Assembly (NCBI GenBank): GCA_963775685.1
Contig: CAVZJV010000014.1
Location: 1,632,001 to 1,696,000 of the forward strand
Source: Candidatus Bathyarchaeota archaeon
Lineage (GTDB): Archaea; Thermoproteota; Bathyarchaeia; Bathyarchaeales; Bathycorpusculaceae
Reading direction: 5' to 3'
Length of the DNA: 64,000 nt
Shown here one piece after another: positions 9,287-19,772 of this stretch. The notes under the pieces are model-generated. The model ran no database searches. It had not been told where the DNA came from and saw only the letters and a list, made by a program, of their open reading frames with translations. Position 1 is the first letter of the stretch, and each line of letters starts with the position of its first letter. A program made the translations under genes and the position numbers.

Positions 9287-10491
9287 CCAGAAACTTTCTG
9301 GTCTTTCTTTCTTGATAACACAAAAACAAAGCTGGAAACTACTAAAAGAAAACTAAGGGAAAGAAATAACCCCTCGTATCGCAGGCTAGTTGCAAATATT
9401 AAGCCACTTATTATGGGTCCAATCGTTTGACCTAAATCCATCATAGTCGAAAGGAACCCCATTGAAGCACCCACCAAAGTGGCGGGAACCAAGTCGGCAA
9501 CCATCGGCGAAGTGGAAGAGAGCACAGCAGCAAAGGAAACCCCATATGCAGCCGCCAAAGTAAGCAGCAGTGAGAACTGCGTCGTAAAAGGAATTGCCGC
9601 AACCAAAAAGCAACCAGCTACCACACCTACGACGATGGGTTTAGTTCTTCCAATCCTATCTGAAACGCGCCCAATTAACGGTCGGGCAATCACAAGCGCC
9701 ACTATCTCGCTTCCGGTGATGATACCCACCGAAAAAAGATCCAAACCTACAACATCAGTTAAGTACCCTACCAGAAAGAACTCGACAGACCCAAAAACAA
9801 AGTATTGAACAGCTTGAACGAAGCTAACTCCTAAAACGCTGGTGTTTCTGACTATGGTAAGCCAGCCGCTGAACATTTTCCTAGATGACTTTTCGACATT
9901 TAAAACCACTTGTGCAGAAGGTCTGTTTTCCGCCAAGAACAACAAAGCAACCACAAAAGCAGTGATTCCAGCTATACCAACTGCAACATATAAAGTAAAG
10001 AAACTTTTAGCCGTTACAAATAGCAGGTAACCTCCTAAAAACGGCGCCAAAGCCCTACCTACAGCGGTTGCAGAATTAAAAAGCGAAATACGTTCTCCAC
10101 GCTTGGTCGGAAACAACATTGCTATTGAAGCTTCAGCCACAGGCATAAAAATTGCAGTTGCAAAGCCATGGTAGAAACGCACCAGAGCCAGCGTCCACCA
10201 AGAATTAACCCCCAAATACAAGAAGGGAGCAGAAGCAAAAACAAAGGCAGCAAACAAAAGGAGTTTACGTCTACCAAATACGTCGGAGAGCGAAGCTGCG
10301 GGCAAACTGATGAGTATGCCCGGGATAGTTGACGCGGAAGCCACGATACCAAGCAAGTCGTCAGGGGTTCCCAAACTGGTTGCGAAGGGTTTTAAAACAG
10401 GGTTTTTGGACATAGTTGAGCTAAGAATTGCAAAAAAGCCCATCACACATATTACTAAAAAGAACGCCTGTACCCATTTAGATCTATGCAT
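9283..10491 (-). CDS. MFS transporter
   Basis: SDVFGRR and GRVSDRIGR motifs; about 12 TM helices. Confidence 0.9.
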   Translation of the reverse strand: MHRSKWVQAFFLVICVMGFFAILSSTMSKNPVLKPFATSLGTPDDLLGIVASASTIPGILISLPAASLSDVFGRRKLLLFAAFVFASAPFLYLGVNSWWTLALVRFYHGFATAIFMPVAEASIAMLFPTKRGERISLFNSATAVGRALAPFLGGYLLFVTAKSFFTLYVAVGIAGITAFVVALLFLAENRPSAQVVLNVEKSSRKMFSGWLTIVRNTSVLGVSFVQAVQYFVFGSVEFFLVGYLTDVVGLDLFSVGIITGSEIVALVIARPLIGRVSDRIGRTKPIVVGVVAGCFLVAAIPFTTQFSLLLTLAAAYGVSFAAVLSSTSPMVADLVPATLVGASMGFLSTMMDLGQTIGPIISGLIFATSLRYEGLFLSLSFLLVVSSFVFVLSRKKDQKVSG

Positions 10492-10611
10492 GCCTTATCC
10501 AAGAGAAAACTCAAACAAGCCCTATTTTTTGTTTGCCGTACCAGAAAAGAATGCGGGTTTATTTAATAGTATTTCATTCTCTTTTAGAGTTAAACTGCTG
10601 AAGGCAATATA

Positions 10612-11313
10612 TTGAACATTTTTACAAAAATTCGGCAAAACGATTATTTCAAGTCGGCGGTTGTTATCGGGATAATTATTGCTTTGGTTTTAGGGTTTTT
10701 CTTCGGTTTACAGTTGGCTCTTGGTACAGACGTTCCTGTAAGGGTTGTGGAAAGCGGCAGCATGTGCGTGCCCTATGACGGCGCCTGCAACGGCTGGAGC
10801 CACCCATTCGACCACACCCTACATGTAGGAGACATAATAGTTATCCAAAAAGTAAACCCAGAAGACCTTAACAATGCGTACCCCAACAGCGACATCATCA
10901 TCTACAAAAACCCAACTGACCCAACATCCACACCTATTGTTCATCGAATAGTTGAAACCTACACAGTCAATGGCACCCTGTACTTCCAAACAAAAGGCGA
11001 CGGCAACAGCGCCATCAAATGGCCCAACGTACCTTCACCTCAAGAATACGATTCCCGCACACTCTGGAGCAGCGGACAGGGCGTTTCACAAGAACTTGTG
11101 ATAGGCAAAGTTGTTATGCGTATTCCATACTTCGGATTGATTACTCTTTTTCTGAGAAACAACCCATGGGGGTTACCTTTGATTATTGGCCTTATAATAG
11201 CACTTGTGGTTCTTGAGTTCATAATTCCGATACTCAGGGGCAAAGAAGGTAAAGAAGGAGAAATAAAAGAGAATAAAGATGAAGCTCAAAACCCCATCAC
11301 CCAGAACAGTTAA
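10612..11313 (+). CDS. Signal peptidase I (S26, Sec11-type)
   Basis: VVESGSM, HVGD, IVHR, TKGDGN. Confidence 0.9.
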   Translation: MNIFTKIRQNDYFKSAVVIGIIIALVLGFFFGLQLALGTDVPVRVVESGSMCVPYDGACNGWSHPFDHTLHVGDIIVIQKVNPEDLNNAYPNSDIIIYKNPTDPTSTPIVHRIVETYTVNGTLYFQTKGDGNSAIKWPNVPSPQEYDSRTLWSSGQGVSQELVIGKVVMRIPYFGLITLFLRNNPWGLPLIIGLIIALVVLEFIIPILRGKEGKEGEIKENKDEAQNPITQNS

Positions 11314-11329
11314 CAAAGTATAATTTTGA

Positions 11330-11440
11330 GTCGGCAAAAACAGGTTGCCCTGATCATCTAACTTCCAAAATGGGTTGTAAGCAACCTCAATCAAGTGCCC
11401 ATCTGGATCTTTAAAGTAGCCGCTGTATCCGCCCCAAAGC
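11330..11440 (-). pseudogene. C-terminal fragment of a VOC/glyoxalase protein
   Basis: WGGYSGYFKDPDGHLIEVAYNPFW; N-terminus missing. Confidence 0.7.
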
Positions 11441-11548
11441 AAACACAACTATGATTATTTTGGGAGTTTTCCTCATCTTCCCCACTTGGTTGCCAATGCA
11501 GAGCTAAAAGAATAAAAATTATTCGTTAAAATAAATAGAAACCCTCTG

Positions 11549-12109
11549 CTACTGTTGCCGTGCCTTAACCACCAGCTCTTTTGTCCATCCATGAATTTCT
11601 TCCCAATCCCGCAAGTCATAAACGCCCGAGTGTGACTCCTTGAAGCCATCCTTTTCCAGCTGTAGCCTGATAAAACCGAAGGTTCTGCGGAAAATGAAAT
11701 TCATCTTGTTGAAATCCAAAACGCCGCCGAAAAAGCCAACGGCAATTGGGTGCAAACTGTATTTTGAAATAACATCTTCAAGGCTAATTTTGCGCGCTTT
11801 CTCCAAATCGTCGGTTTTTTCTTCTCGTTCAGAAACTGACTTCATCGTAGAAACAAAAATCGCAAGCTTCTTTTGGGCAAGCTCTTTTTGGAATCGCTTC
11901 AAGAAATCTTTAGCTTCACCGGTCCATTTACCTATTTGCATCCCGCTGCCAACTATAACGAGCTGATATGGAGAAATATCTTTAATTTTCTCAACTTTAG
12001 CATTTGCCAATTTAACGTCAAAGCCCCGTGACTGAAGCAGCTTTGCAACTTCCCCTGCTGTACTTGAGGTTGCGCCGTATCTAGTGCCATAGACAAGTAA
12101 AGTCTTCAT
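11549..12109 (-). CDS. Flavodoxin-domain protein (HemG-like)
   Basis: YGTRYGAT FMN loop; YDLRDWEEI; GGAGGTG RBS. Confidence 0.85.
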   Translation of the reverse strand: MKTLLVYGTRYGATSSTAGEVAKLLQSRGFDVKLANAKVEKIKDISPYQLVIVGSGMQIGKWTGEAKDFLKRFQKELAQKKLAIFVSTMKSVSEREEKTDDLEKARKISLEDVISKYSLHPIAVGFFGGVLDFNKMNFIFRRTFGFIRLQLEKDGFKESHSGVYDLRDWEEIHGWTKELVVKARQQ

Positions 12110-12144
12110 CCTATTTCACCTCCTTTAATAATTTAGTTTAAAGG

Positions 12145-12594
12145 CTACTTGAGGCTTAACGCGAAAGCTTCTGCTTGCTTTAAGTCATTTTCGTCGGGAT
12201 GCCCCTTTTGTATGCCTCCAAAAATTTTGAGAGCCCCATAAGTGTCAAATCCTGCACAATTAAATTCCCCCACAATGTTGAAGCCTTTTGATTGGAGTAC
12301 TTCTCGGAGTTTCTTGTGGAATTTAGGTCCCTTGTTTGTTTGACCGCTGGTGGAGAAAATAAAGACTTTTTTCTGATTTACCGCAGGCAGTTTATCGGCT
12401 AAGTCGAGCAACATTTTATAGTGATGCCCAAATGAAATCCCAGAGCCAAACCCGACAAGGTCAAACTCGGAGAGCGCATTTAGATCAACTTCGGTTGGCG
12501 CTTTAATTTCAGCTTGAAGAGTCTTGGCAATAACTGAAGCGATTTTCAAAGTATTTTTGTGGTGATAAGAAAAACAAATTATTAGCGTTTTCAT
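12145..12594 (-). CDS. Flavodoxin family protein
   Basis: SYHHKNT, GFGSGI, FSTSG, KGHPD. Confidence 0.85.
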   Translation of the reverse strand: MKTLIICFSYHHKNTLKIASVIAKTLQAEIKAPTEVDLNALSEFDLVGFGSGISFGHHYKMLLDLADKLPAVNQKKVFIFSTSGQTNKGPKFHKKLREVLQSKGFNIVGEFNCAGFDTYGALKIFGGIQKGHPDENDLKQAEAFALSLK

Positions 12595-12712
12595 AAGGTT
12601 TGCCTCAATTGTGTTTGAAGCGGTTAAGCACTTATGTTTTTTGGCTCTGTTCATTGATTGATCAGAAATCAATTTATATACTTAACTTGCTTAGTTTTTG
12701 TAGGGATAAATT

Positions 12713-13171
12713 TTGGCTTCTCAAAAACTCTTAGATTTTTTAAACAAGGGCATAGCCCGTGAACTCCAGGTCAGCATCCAATACATGTGGCAACATGTTC
12801 AAGTTACAGGCACCGACGGGGTTATTGTGGAGGACATTTTCCGCAAGACAGCCATCGCCGAAATGAAACATGCCGAACTCCTCGCCGAACGTCTAGACTA
12901 CCTCAACGGCGTAGCCACAACTAAACCTGACCCAATTTTCGTGCGCGGCAGCCTCATTGAAATGCTCAAACAAAATGAACAGGACGAAGAAAAAGCCATC
13001 ACCCTCTACAAACAGGCAATTCAAGTTGCGGCAGAAGAAGGCGACTACACCACTAGACGCTTACTGGAAGAAATTTTAGCGGACGAAGAAGACCACATCA
13101 ACACCTTCGGCAAACTCCTCGTCGGTATGACTGAACCGTTTACACAACCAGGAACCTCACAGATAGAATAA
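12713..13171 (+). CDS. Bacterioferritin/ferritin-like di-iron protein
   Basis: QY, EMKHAE, DEEDH. Confidence 0.85.
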   Translation: MASQKLLDFLNKGIARELQVSIQYMWQHVQVTGTDGVIVEDIFRKTAIAEMKHAELLAERLDYLNGVATTKPDPIFVRGSLIEMLKQNEQDEEKAITLYKQAIQVAAEEGDYTTRRLLEEILADEEDHINTFGKLLVGMTEPFTQPGTSQIE

Positions 13172-13312
13172 CAAGCTTTGATACGTATCTTTACTTTCAA
13201 GTTGCTGTTAAACAGCTTTTGCTATAAAAGTTGAAGGAAGGTAGCAAAAAAAGACCTATCTTTTTACTATTAAGCACAAAAAGAGGAGACAGGTCCCCCA
13301 AAAGAGAACCGA

Positions 13313-14659
13313 TTAACGCATTTTCATTAAGACTAATTCGGCCGCGAGCACCATAGGCTCCCATGTTTCACAGAGCGGTGGCGCATAAGCCGTATCAGCT
13401 TTGGCGAGTTCACGCACCGTCATCCCTTTTTGGATGGCAAAACTGAGGCAGTTTATTCGCTGAGTAACTTCTTCGCCACCAACCACTTGTCCACCTACGA
13501 TGCGCTGAGATTCTTTTTCGACAACAAGCTTAACTTTGATGGGTTTCGCGCCTGGGAAGTAGTCTGCTTTGGTTTTGCTGCTTATGGCTCCAGTGACGAC
13601 TTCGATGCGATTGCGTGTTGCTGAGGTTTCAGTTAAGCCCGTGTTGCCAGCTTCAACATCAAAGAGCCTTGTTACTGCCGACGCCAAAACGCCGCTGAAC
13701 TGGCTGTAGTCGCCTCCAGCGTTTGCTCCTGCAACCTTGCCCTGCCTAACCGCGATGGTACCAAGCTGCGCACACATGGGTTTATGCGTAATAATGTTTG
13801 GTGCTTCTGCGCAGTCACCGACAGCGTAGACATCTTTAACATCGGTTTCCATTCTGCCGTTCGTCTTAATGGCGTGTGTTTCGCCAAGGGGTATGCCTGC
13901 ATCCACAGCAAGTTTAGTGTTCGCGCGTACTCCGAATGCGCTGATGAACAAGTCAGCTTCAATTTTTTCGCCTCCAGCCATTACCGCAGTAACTTTGTCT
14001 TCACCTAGGAATTCTTCAACCCCTTTGCTCGTAAGAATAGTCATTCCTTTTTCTTGCAGATGCTCCTGGACAAGCTTTGACATGTCCGCGTCAAGCAACT
14101 GAGGCAAAATCTGTGGCAGCATTTCAACAATTGTTACTCGTAAGCCTCTTTCTATTAAGCCGACTCCGACTTCTAAACCGATTAAGCCTGCACCCATGAT
14201 GACGGCGGATTTAGCTCCTGCCTTAACGGCTGCATCAATTCTTTCTCCATCTTCAATACCTCGGAGACTTAAGATGCCTGGTTTTTCTTTACCTTTAATG
14301 GGCGGCATAAAAGAGTATGCACCTGTGGCAATAACGAGACCGTCGTAGGGTAACACTTCGACTACGCCTTCTTTGGTATTGACAGTTACAGTTTTTTCTT
14401 TGGTGTTAATTGCGGTGGCATTGGTTTCTGTACGCAAAGTCAGCTTGAGCATCTGAAAGTATGCGGGTGGATAAACGATTAAATCATGAAAATTCGCTAT
14501 ATGCCCGCCTATAACAAAGGGCAACCCACATCGGGAGTAACCTGCATTCTTCTCGTTGGTTATGAGGGTGATTTCTGCAGTGCGATCCTTTTTGCGCGCA
14601 GCTGAGGCAGCTTCCACGCCTGCTGCGTTAGCGCCAATAACGATTACTCGTCGCGCCAT
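13313..14659 (-). CDS. CoA-disulfide reductase/NADH oxidase family flavoprotein
   Basis: Single redox Cys in YSRCGLP; GAGLIG; YAVGD; AYAPP. Confidence 0.85.
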   Translation of the reverse strand: MARRVIVIGANAAGVEAASAARKKDRTAEITLITNEKNAGYSRCGLPFVIGGHIANFHDLIVYPPAYFQMLKLTLRTETNATAINTKEKTVTVNTKEGVVEVLPYDGLVIATGAYSFMPPIKGKEKPGILSLRGIEDGERIDAAVKAGAKSAVIMGAGLIGLEVGVGLIERGLRVTIVEMLPQILPQLLDADMSKLVQEHLQEKGMTILTSKGVEEFLGEDKVTAVMAGGEKIEADLFISAFGVRANTKLAVDAGIPLGETHAIKTNGRMETDVKDVYAVGDCAEAPNIITHKPMCAQLGTIAVRQGKVAGANAGGDYSQFSGVLASAVTRLFDVEAGNTGLTETSATRNRIEVVTGAISSKTKADYFPGAKPIKVKLVVEKESQRIVGGQVVGGEEVTQRINCLSFAIQKGMTVRELAKADTAYAPPLCETWEPMVLAAELVLMKMR

Positions 14660-14670
14660 TTCCTTGGCCT

Positions 14671-15087
14671 CTACTTGGATTGGGCTTGGGCTTTATGCCA
14701 CTCAACGGCTTTGTCAAAATCCATCAGGTTGGCAAGTTCCGCTTGCAGGTTTGACGGTTTAACAACGATTAACCAACCTTTGCCGAAGGGATCTTCGTTT
14801 AGCGTTTCGGGTTTGGATTGGACTTCATCGTTGACTTCCTGGATATTTCCACTTATGGCTGCAACCAAATCAGAGACCGCTTTTACGGATTCAAGTGTCC
14901 CATAGGGCTCATCTTGTTTAACTTCTGTGCCAACGCTGGGCAACTCTGCATAGACGATTTCCCGAAGCGACTTTTGCGCGTAGTCAGTTATGCCCATGCG
15001 AACTTTGTCACCTTCGATTTTTATCCACTCAAAATCTTTTGAGAAATAGAGTCCTTCTGGAACTTCGTATGATTCAACTTTTACCAT
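14671..15087 (-). CDS. gcvH: Glycine cleavage H / lipoyl-carrier protein
   Basis: GITDYAQ; lipoyl Lys in ESVKAVSD; NEDPFGKGW. Confidence 0.95.
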   Translation of the reverse strand: MVKVESYEVPEGLYFSKDFEWIKIEGDKVRMGITDYAQKSLREIVYAELPSVGTEVKQDEPYGTLESVKAVSDLVAAISGNIQEVNDEVQSKPETLNEDPFGKGWLIVVKPSNLQAELANLMDFDKAVEWHKAQAQSK

Positions 15088-15163
15088 GACATGAACCTTC
15101 TAAGTGTTGCTAAGTTACCAAATTAGCATCCAACATAAAAGGTTTAATGAAAATGAAATGGGT

Positions 15164-16261
15164 TTAGCGTTCGCGCTTGCCCGCTATCCAATCTTCCGTC
15201 CACTGCCGAGCTTGGGAGTCAGGGATTTGGATAGGAGGATGCTTAAACGCATATGATGGCATGCTCAAGAGTGCTCCTGCAATTTTACGATCTAACGCAA
15301 TTTTGGCTGCGCGGATAAGATCTATGACGACCCCTGCGCTGTTGGGCGAGTCTTCGACTTCAAGTTTGACGCTGATGTTTATAGGGCGGTCACCAAATTT
15401 TCTGCCTTTGAGTGATATGTAGCAGATTTTTTTATTGTTAAGGAAAGGCACGTAGTCGGAGGGCCCAATACGTGTAGGTAGTGCATAGGGGACAAGGCTT
15501 GTGACAGCCTCTGTTTTGCTTATGCGCTTAGATTTAAGGCGGGTCTCAACAGTCATGTTCTGGAAGTCCGTGTCCCCGCCAAGGTTAAGCTGGTAAGTTT
15601 CATCCACAATTACTCCCCGGTCAAGGCAAAGCCGCACTAGTTGGCGATGAAGTATAGTTGCGCCTACCTGACTTTTGATGTCGTCGCCTAAAACTGGCAA
15701 ACCCGCCTTCTCGAATTTAGCTGGCCACTCCTTTGTTGAATCGGAGCCAATAAATTCAGGCATACAGTTCACAAACGCACATCCCGCGTCGATCGCGCAT
15801 TGAGCATAATATCGGACGGCGTCGTGGCTGCCGACGGGTAAATAGTTGACGAGAACTTGGGTTTTTGTCTCTTTCAAGATTTTGACGACACTGTCTTTGC
15901 CGGTTTTCGCATCATCGTAGACGTTGAAGGTTTCCCGCATATGAGGTGCAACGCCGTCAAGAATTGGAGCTGGCGAAACCTTTACACCAAGATTGGGGAC
16001 GTCGGCGAATTTTTCGCAGCAGTTCGGCTTAACCCATATGGCTTCGGAGAGGTCTTTGCCGATTTTGTCTTTGTTTACTTCAAATGCCGCAATGAAGTGA
16101 ATGTCACGGATGTGATAGCCGCCATAGTTCACGTGCATAAGTCCCGGCACGGTTGTGTCTTCTTTTGCGTCTTGATAATACTGGGTTCCCTGAACTAGGG
16201 CTGATGCGCTGTTGCCAACGCCAACAAGTGCTACGCGAATTTCAGGCACAGAGATAACCAT
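15164..16261 (-). CDS. ino1: myo-inositol-1-phosphate synthase
   Basis: GVGNSAS, NYLPVGS, GDDIKSQVGAT, DSPNSAG. Confidence 0.95.
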   Translation of the reverse strand: MVISVPEIRVALVGVGNSASALVQGTQYYQDAKEDTTVPGLMHVNYGGYHIRDIHFIAAFEVNKDKIGKDLSEAIWVKPNCCEKFADVPNLGVKVSPAPILDGVAPHMRETFNVYDDAKTGKDSVVKILKETKTQVLVNYLPVGSHDAVRYYAQCAIDAGCAFVNCMPEFIGSDSTKEWPAKFEKAGLPVLGDDIKSQVGATILHRQLVRLCLDRGVIVDETYQLNLGGDTDFQNMTVETRLKSKRISKTEAVTSLVPYALPTRIGPSDYVPFLNNKKICYISLKGRKFGDRPINISVKLEVEDSPNSAGVVIDLIRAAKIALDRKIAGALLSMPSYAFKHPPIQIPDSQARQWTEDWIAGKRER

Positions 16262-16490
16262 CCAAACAGGTGATTTAGTTATGGCTAATGTCCACGTACG
16301 CTATAACTTTTTCTAAAGAAAACGTAACGTCATCGCAAAAAATGACCAGCATCCTTTTTGGTGCCATCCCCTTTGAAACTAGCACATTTTTCAAACGACA
16401 GAAATCCCAATATAAACATACACTCTTAGGTTATTGGCAAAATTATAAAGGGAACGGCAAATACAATTACTTAGCTATCGGTGAAATGTT

Positions 16491-16853
16491 ATGAGCGTTA
16501 CTGTTACTTATGAACCATTCCAAGAAATTGTGATTATGGAGAAAACCCGTTTTAACAGCCCCGAAGAACTCGCAAGGTTTACTTCGGTTATTGCTGGGGG
16601 CAAGTTGGCTGGGGTGTACTGGGTTGAAGGAGTGGTTTTCTTGTATTTTCCGCTTACAGCTTCGACAGCTATCGTTGCCAAGGAGTTGCTTGAGAAGCAC
16701 AAGGTCTACTGGACATTTGTCGGGTATGCCATTATGCCAAAGTACATGCAGATAATTGAGACTAAAGAAAAGATGATTGTGCCAGTCGTTGAGATAACAT
16801 CGGATCCGGTTTTGAAGTCTGTTGCTAATTGGCTAAAAGAACTAAAAGAGTAA
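16491..16853 (+). CDS. Hypothetical archaeal protein
   Basis: 120-aa ORF with GGTGA RBS, co-oriented with ribK. Confidence 0.7.
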   Translation: MSVTVTYEPFQEIVIMEKTRFNSPEELARFTSVIAGGKLAGVYWVEGVVFLYFPLTASTAIVAKELLEKHKVYWTFVGYAIMPKYMQIIETKEKMIVPVVEITSDPVLKSVANWLKELKE

Positions 16854-16878
16854 GCCCCATTTTTGAGAGCGCTATGCT

Positions 16879-17265
16879 TTGCCTGAACTATTTTTTAGAG
16901 GCACTGTTTTTTCTGGTGAAGGCAGGGGCAAAAAATTCGTAGAGTTGTCCTGGTTTAAGCAACAGGTTGAGCAAAAGCTTGGTTTTTCTCCATACTCAGG
17001 AACCTTAAACCTGAGGTTACTTGGAAAAGAAAATGAGAAGCGAGGACTGCTAGAAACAACAGGAAGCTTGACGGTTGAACCGCAAACAGGCTACTACTCT
17101 GGATTACTCTTCAAGGCAACCATCGATGCTTTGGAATGTGCCGTGGTAATTCCGATTATGCCCAATTACCCAAACGACGTTTTAGAGGTCATTGCCCCTG
17201 TTTATTTGCGTGAGCACCTAAAGTTGGGGGACGGCAGCGTGGTATTGATTTCTGTCAGCGTTTAG
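16879..17265 (+). CDS. ribK: CTP-dependent riboflavin kinase
   Basis: VFSGEGRG, PYSGTLN, LEVIAPVYLR. Confidence 0.9.
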   Translation: MPELFFRGTVFSGEGRGKKFVELSWFKQQVEQKLGFSPYSGTLNLRLLGKENEKRGLLETTGSLTVEPQTGYYSGLLFKATIDALECAVVIPIMPNYPNDVLEVIAPVYLREHLKLGDGSVVLISVSV

Positions 17266-18754
17266 GGCTGCAAGCTTTCTTGAATGCGTCCATGTATTGG
17301 TCTTCGCAGCCTGTTTTCTTAAGGTATGAACCATAAGTTACTAGGGCTTTCATAGCGCGTGCGGCATCCTCGGGCGATTCAAAAGAGGGCACACATAGCT
17401 TGTCGAAACGTGAGCGGGTGTAGAGAGCCATTTCAGTAGCACCAATGTCACACATTACTATTGGTTTAGTGTAGCTTGAGGCGACTTTTACTATGCCGTC
17501 AATGTAAACCTCTCGGAGCCCTGGCATGTGATGAAGCCCAAGCAGAATTATGCCAGAGATCTGTGGATCTTGGAACATCAGGTCAGCAGCCATAACAAAC
17601 ATGTCATCAGTCACGGAACCGGTGAGGTCCACGGGGTTTGATGTAGCTGCAATCTTTAGGATGATGTTTTGGTCTTTTAGTTCTTGGAATTTCTGCAGTG
17701 TCTCCTCGGAGAAACGATCCACCGTTAACCCTAAGGCTTCACATTCGTCCACAGTCATAACTCCCGGTCCACCTGCATCAGTTAAGATGCCGATGTTTTT
17801 GCCAATAGCTGGAGGCTGCATCGCTAAGGCTTTGCCGATGTCAAAGAACTCCTCCATGTCCCGTGCCCGAATGATTCCGCCCTGCAAAAATGCTGCATCA
17901 TAGATTTTATCCGAGCCCGCTATGGCACCTGTGTGGGAGGCTGCGGCTCTTGCACCTGCTGCGCTTCGGCCTGACTTGATGATTACAACGGGTTTCTTGC
18001 ATGTAACTTTCTTTGCAATCTTTAGGAATGCCCGTCCGTTCTTAACGTCTTCTAGATAGACAAGAATAACTCTGGTTTCTTTATCGTGGAGCAAGTAGTT
18101 GAGTATGTCGGATTCGGTGACGTCACATTTGTTTCCGAAACTCACGAATTTGCTAACGCCCATCTGGCGCCCAGTTAAATAGTCCAACGCTGCAACGCCA
18201 AAGGCTCCGCTTTGCGTAATCATCGCTATATTGCCCGGCAGAGGTCTTGGAGTCGCCACCACTTCTTCACCAGTAGTGAGAACTTTGGTTTCGGGCAGAA
18301 ACAAGGTGTCGATTCCCGTCTTTGAATAGTAAACGCCAAGGCAGTTAGGTCCCAAAACGAGTATGCCAGCCTTCGCTGCAATGGCAACTATTTGGTCTTC
18401 GAGCTCTTTGTTGCCAACTTCTTTAAAACCGGAGCTTATGATGATAGCAGTTTTGACCTTTTTAGATGCAGCTTCTTCCATGACGGAGGGAACAACGGCA
18501 GCTGGGACTATAACTACGATTAGTTCAATCTCTCCTGGAACTTTGGATAGACTTTTGTAGCATTTGAAGCCTAAAATCGAGTCTTCGCCCGGGTTGACGG
18601 GGTAGAGTTCGCCTTTGAAGACGCCGTGTTCCTTGTTGGTGGCGAAATTCTTGAAGATTACGTGACCTGCCTTGTCAACTTTTTTTGTTGCGCCCACTAC
18701 TGCGACTGAGTGTGGGTTAAAGAATGCATCCATCTTCTGAAGTGTTTCTTCCAT
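17255..18754 (-). CDS. acdA: ADP-forming acetate-CoA ligase alpha subunit
   Basis: GPNCLG, TQSGA, phospho-His in ASHTGAIAG, NPVD. Confidence 0.9.
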   Translation of the reverse strand: MEETLQKMDAFFNPHSVAVVGATKKVDKAGHVIFKNFATNKEHGVFKGELYPVNPGEDSILGFKCYKSLSKVPGEIELIVVIVPAAVVPSVMEEAASKKVKTAIIISSGFKEVGNKELEDQIVAIAAKAGILVLGPNCLGVYYSKTGIDTLFLPETKVLTTGEEVVATPRPLPGNIAMITQSGAFGVAALDYLTGRQMGVSKFVSFGNKCDVTESDILNYLLHDKETRVILVYLEDVKNGRAFLKIAKKVTCKKPVVIIKSGRSAAGARAAASHTGAIAGSDKIYDAAFLQGGIIRARDMEEFFDIGKALAMQPPAIGKNIGILTDAGGPGVMTVDECEALGLTVDRFSEETLQKFQELKDQNIILKIAATSNPVDLTGSVTDDMFVMAADLMFQDPQISGIILLGLHHMPGLREVYIDGIVKVASSYTKPIVMCDIGATEMALYTRSRFDKLCVPSFESPEDAARAMKALVTYGSYLKKTGCEDQYMDAFKKACSPKR

Positions 18755-18797
18755 ATTATATCCCGTCTTTCCGCTAAGTGCTTCCAAGACCAAGTTT

Positions 18798-19688
18798 TTA
18801 TGTATTACTTTTAAAGAAACTTCTTGTTTTGTGCCTATTAACCTTCTTGGCGTCTTTTCTCACGATTACAATGGGTTTATGCTTGATTGTGGAGAGCATA
18901 TCCCAGCTTACTTCGTCGATTTCTGCGTGGAACCTGGCGGCCATATCCCAAACCGTAGCTCCCGAGCCTGGACCACGAGCCTTGTCGGCGATATTGGTGA
19001 TTTTTATCGCTTCGCTTGCCGAGATAATACAGCCTGCAACAGCCAACGGGGTTGAGCTTTTTTTAAGTTTGAGAATGCGTCCTATGGTGTAGCTAGTGCT
19101 TGCGCCCAATGAATGTATGCCTTTGAGGGGATTTGGTCTTGGCGTAAAATAGAAGTTGTGGAACCCGTAGGTTTTGTCAGTGTCAGCGATTATAACGCAA
19201 ACATTCTTCTGCAATCGCTGTCGGATTTGATTTTGGATTTTATGGGCTAACTCATCTGCATTCTCCAACGGCAAGCTCACATAGGAATAAGGTAAATTGG
19301 ACCCGTCTATCCCACCTTCTGACCCAAACATGAGCGCCTGCCAAAAACCAGCATACTGCAGGGTAATTTGTTTGTGGCGACTCCCAGAAGACAATGGGTA
19401 GTTTCGCAATCGCTTTAGCAAGCGTTGCCCAAAGCCGCACAACATGCCAAGCGGATACCCCCAAACACGGCGCATCCAAAACCGAACCAAAACCCTCGCC
19501 GTCAAACTGGGCTTAACGACTGTTTCATCAACCATGTTGCCCAATGCGGTTGAGATTGCTTTTTCAGAAACCACAACAAAGTCGCCATTTTCCACACTTC
19601 TTTCTATTGAGTTGATTATTTTATCTGCAAAGTCACTATGCGGTTTCCAGTAATTGGTTGTTACTGCCAACGCCGAGTACTTAGTCAT
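18798..19688 (-). CDS. CofE-like gamma-glutamyl ligase family protein
   Basis: VVSEKAIS, GGIDGSN, IADTDKT. Confidence 0.75.
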   Translation of the reverse strand: MTKYSALAVTTNYWKPHSDFADKIINSIERSVENGDFVVVSEKAISTALGNMVDETVVKPSLTARVLVRFWMRRVWGYPLGMLCGFGQRLLKRLRNYPLSSGSRHKQITLQYAGFWQALMFGSEGGIDGSNLPYSYVSLPLENADELAHKIQNQIRQRLQKNVCVIIADTDKTYGFHNFYFTPRPNPLKGIHSLGASTSYTIGRILKLKKSSTPLAVAGCIISASEAIKITNIADKARGPGSGATVWDMAARFHAEIDEVSWDMLSTIKHKPIVIVRKDAKKVNRHKTRSFFKSNT

Positions 19689-19772
19689 TGATTTGGCACT
19701 TTACAACCAGTTCGGGTTTACCCTAATAAAGTCTTAAGCCCTCTCTTCCCAAGCATGAACCGTCAAATTGGA

